Shown here piece by piece: positions 29,205-32,000 of a stretch of DNA of 32,000 bases (its first letter is position 1; each line of letters begins with the position of its first letter). The position numbers and the translations under genes were made by a program. This stretch comes from Candidatus Atelocyanobacterium thalassa isolate ALOHA. Its GTDB lineage: Bacteria; Cyanobacteriota; Cyanobacteriia; Cyanobacteriales; Microcystaceae. The notes beneath the pieces were generated by a model. It was given only the letters and a program-made list of their open reading frames with translations. It was not told the origin of the DNA and did no database searches. The stretch is taken from contig NC_013771.1 of NCBI RefSeq assembly GCF_000025125.1, positions 1,411,807 to 1,443,806 of the forward strand, given 5' to 3'.

Positions 29205-29503
29205 AATCTTTAACTATTGTTTCTTTAGACATCTTACTTAATATATTTGATATATTTGTATTTTTTTATAAAAGAAACATATCTAATGCTTTTATTTATA
29301 TTGAAGAGTATTGAATAAGAAGTAAATTCTATTCAGAAAAGCCTAAGTTATTCTTCGATCGCAATCTTTGGTAATAGTTCGTCCATAGTCAGCTTTATTA
29401 ACATACATTATTGAGATATTGAAACTAAAATTATTAAGACTGAATGATTTTAGACTCTTAATTAAATTAGGAATGTAGTTTTCCCTTTGAATAAAAAACT
29501 TTT

Positions 29504-30661
29504 ATGCCCACTCGTCGTTCTTTCCTCAATATAATTGAACTTTTAGCCATAGGACAACTGGCATCAGGGTGTAAGAAATCAGATGCTGATTTAAAAATTT
29601 CTCTATTAAAAGGTTCAGTTCCTCCTCAATCATTAAAGCTTTTTAACCAGTATTTTTCATCTAATACATCTTTTGATTTTCACTCTAGAGCACAATTGAT
29701 AGAGTTATTTAATTTATTAGAGTACTGGAAAAGCCAACAAAAAAAATATACTAATGATAGCTGGCCTAGGGTTTCTATGCTACCTTCACAAAAGAGTGAT
29801 ATTAGCGATTTAGTCACGTTAGGTGATTCTTGGTTAACTCAAGCTATCCAAAAAGACTTAATTCAACCTATAACTATTTCTAGTTGGCATAATTGGCATA
29901 AATTACCATCCTATTGGCAAAATTTAGTAATAAGAGATCAAAATGGAATTCCTAATAAGAATGGGTTTGTCTGGGGAGCACCTTATCGATGGGGAACAAC
30001 TTTAATAGCTTATAGAGCAGATAAGTTAGATGGAGAAATTAAAGATTGGTCAGATTTATGGGATCCAAAGCTTGAAAATCGTATTTCTTTAGTCGATCAA
30101 CCTCGAGAAGTGATTGGTTTGACCTTAAAAAAATTAAATAAATCTTATAATACTAAAAATTTAAAAAATATTCCTCAACTTAGATCAGAATTACAAGCTT
30201 TCAATAAGCAAGTTAAATATTATAATTCTCAATATTATTTACAACCTTTATTAATGGGAGAAGTTTGGGCAAGTGTTGGTTGGTCAAATGATATTATTCC
30301 AATACTTAGTAGAAACCGTAATATTAAAGCTGTAATTCCATCGTCTGGAACTTCTTTATGGTCAGATATTTGGGTTGCTCCAAAAAATAATAATATATCA
30401 ACGCTATCAGAAATAGCTCAAAGATGGATAAATTTTTGTTGGGAACCTGAAATGGTAAATTTAATTTCATTATTTACAAACGCTTCTTCTCCCATGATTA
30501 ATAATCTTAACAATAAACAGCTTTTTCCTGAAGTTATTAATAATCCTTTGTTATGTTTGCAACCTAGTATTTTTAATAAATGTGATTTTATAGAACCTTT
30601 ATCAATCGAAGAGCAAAAAGAATACATTAAACTTTGGTTAGAAATTAAAAATACTAAATAG
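29504..30661 (+). CDS. PotD/PotF-like polyamine-type periplasmic binding protein
   Basis: 385 aa. The N-terminus MPTRRSFLNIIELLAIGQLASGC has a twin-arginine motif (TRRSFL) followed by Cys23, which looks lipoprotein-like. The body (GDSWL..AI...LIQP.......W...P..W.......G......WG.PYRWGTT.IAYR.DKL....DWSDLWDP.L..RISL.D..REVIG) fits the spermidine/putrescine SBP family. Confidence 0.7.
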   Translation: MPTRRSFLNIIELLAIGQLASGCKKSDADLKISLLKGSVPPQSLKLFNQYFSSNTSFDFHSRAQLIELFNLLEYWKSQQKKYTNDSWPRVSMLPSQKSDISDLVTLGDSWLTQAIQKDLIQPITISSWHNWHKLPSYWQNLVIRDQNGIPNKNGFVWGAPYRWGTTLIAYRADKLDGEIKDWSDLWDPKLENRISLVDQPREVIGLTLKKLNKSYNTKNLKNIPQLRSELQAFNKQVKYYNSQYYLQPLLMGEVWASVGWSNDIIPILSRNRNIKAVIPSSGTSLWSDIWVAPKNNNISTLSEIAQRWINFCWEPEMVNLISLFTNASSPMINNLNNKQLFPEVINNPLLCLQPSIFNKCDFIEPLSIEEQKEYIKLWLEIKNTK

Positions 30662-30902
30662 GATTAGATAATTTCGGATTAACTATTATCATAAATATTT
30701 TTATAAATAATAATAATTTTAAAAACTCTCTTGACTTTGTATATTTTAATTCCAAATTTATTAGATTATTTTTCCAGCTCATAGCTATATTTAATAATGT
30801 AATTTTCTTAATATACAAAAAAATACATTATTTATCTTTAGTCAGGGCCGTAAACATACAATATCTGTTATCTTTATATAAATTAGTGATTTTATCAAAG
30901 CC

Positions 30903-32000
30903 ATGAAACGTCGGCACTTTATTAGCAATACTGCATTAGGTACAACTGTCGCAACTGTCCTGGGTTCTTGTACAAATAATGCTATTCAAAAAAACAATCA
31001 TGATATTTCGTTACCTTTTGTACATTGGAAGATGCAGACTAGTTGGCCTAGGTCACTAGATACAATTTTTGGCGGAGCTCAAACTATCTGTGATCGTGTT
31101 AATGCTATGAGTGGAGGGAAGTTTGTCATCACACCATATGCTAGCGGTGAAATTGTCCCAGGTTTAGAAGTTTTAGATGCTGTTCAACAAGGTACAGTGG
31201 AATGTGGACATTCTTCGAGTTATTACTACATTGGTAAAAACTCTACTTTAGGGTTTGGAACATCTATGCCTTTTGGTTTTAATGCACAACAGCAAAATGC
31301 TTGGCTTTATCATGGTGGAGGCTTAGAAGCCATGAATAGGGTTTATTCAGACTTTAATATCATTAGTTTTCCTGCTGGTAATACAGGAGCACAAATGGGT
31401 GGATGGTATAAACAAGAAGTTAATACGGTAAGTGATTTAAAAGGTCTAAAAATGAGAATTCCTGGACTTGGAGGACAAGTGATGTCTCGTTTAGGGGTGA
31501 ATGTACAGGTTTTACCTGGTGGAGAAATATTTCTTGCACTAGACACAGGAGCTATAGATGCTGCCGAATGGATAGGTCCTTATGATGATCAAAAATTAGG
31601 TTTAAATAAAGCAGCTTCTTATTATTATTATCCTGGTTGGTGGGAGTTAGGAGCAACTTTAGATTTACAAATAAATAAAGAAGCTTGGAGAAAACTACCA
31701 AAAGAATACCAATATATTTTAAAAGCTGCATCAATAGAAGCAAACTCTAATATGTTAAGTAAATATGATGCTCAAAATAGAATTGCATTACAATCTTTAT
31801 TAAAAGAAGGTACTATTTTGGTCCCTTACTCTAAGGAAATTATGCAAGCGGCTAGAATAGAATCATTTGCATTATATGAAGAAAATGCAAATAAAAATAA
31901 AATGTTTAGAGAAGTATATGAATCGTGGAATAAATTTAGAGAAGAAATTTCTCAATGGAATAGAATTAATGAATTGAGTTATGGCAATTTTATTTCTGAA
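30903..32000 (+). CDS. TRAP transporter substrate-binding protein, TakP-like (DctP family); 3' end beyond the window
   Basis: Absent from the ORF track because no stop is reached. ATG at 30903, then 366 codons open to the window end. The N-terminus MKRRHFISNTALGTTVATVLGSC has a twin-arginine motif plus Cys. The body closely resembles my recollection of the Rhodobacter alpha-keto-acid binding protein TakP, with blocks such as VECGHSSSYYYIGK, NAWLYHGGG, GNTGAQMGGWY, GLKMRIPGLGG, IDAAEWIGPYDD.KLG and YYYYPGWWE. Confidence 0.85.
   Translation, partial: MKRRHFISNTALGTTVATVLGSCTNNAIQKNNHDISLPFVHWKMQTSWPRSLDTIFGGAQTICDRVNAMSGGKFVITPYASGEIVPGLEVLDAVQQGTVECGHSSSYYYIGKNSTLGFGTSMPFGFNAQQQNAWLYHGGGLEAMNRVYSDFNIISFPAGNTGAQMGGWYKQEVNTVSDLKGLKMRIPGLGGQVMSRLGVNVQVLPGGEIFLALDTGAIDAAEWIGPYDDQKLGLNKAASYYYYPGWWELGATLDLQINKEAWRKLPKEYQYILKAASIEANSNMLSKYDAQNRIALQSLLKEGTILVPYSKEIMQAARIESFALYEENANKNKMFREVYESWNKFREEISQWNRINELSYGNFISE

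Overview
AT-rich (by eye about 30% G+C, not computed) cyanobacterial chromosome segment, about 84% coding by my tally. I count 28 protein-coding loci. I found no rRNA, tRNA, CRISPR array, transposase, integrase or phage gene. The content is mostly housekeeping: petF, petG, rpmF, dnaK, dapB, serA, prmA, murQ, cobB/cbiA, cobK/cbiJ and menE. There is also a set of envelope and transport genes: a GT39 glycosyltransferase, an M50/S2P protease, a PucC-like MFS protein, a DUF21-CBS (CNNM) protein, a HlyD-type adaptor, ExbB-ExbD, a PotD-like binding protein and a TakP-like TRAP binding protein. A GH116 glucosylceramidase-like enzyme and a COP23-like secreted protein complete the list. The gene set, serA-prmA synteny and COP23 suggest a unicellular Cyanothece/Crocosphaera-type lineage. 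The low GC and absence of mobile DNA would also fit a reduced-genome relative such as UCYN-A or a diatom spheroid body; this is inference only. I could not find a convincing novel multi-gene system such as a defence island, toxin-antitoxin pair or biosynthetic cluster. The points most worth a second look are these. (1) Two conserved genes, menE and prmA, are each broken by a single-base indel in a short A/T run, with the downstream frame still fully open and conserved. (2) The ORF track misses four real genes: petG, rpmF, a 46-aa membrane ORF and a window-end-truncated TakP-like TRAP gene. (3) An uptake-themed block, exbB-exbD plus two Tat-signal binding proteins, has no tonB, receptor or permease genes in view. 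(4) Local direct or inverted repeats sit in three promoter-bearing spacers. (5) A GC-elevated leader lies upstream of the COP23-like gene.
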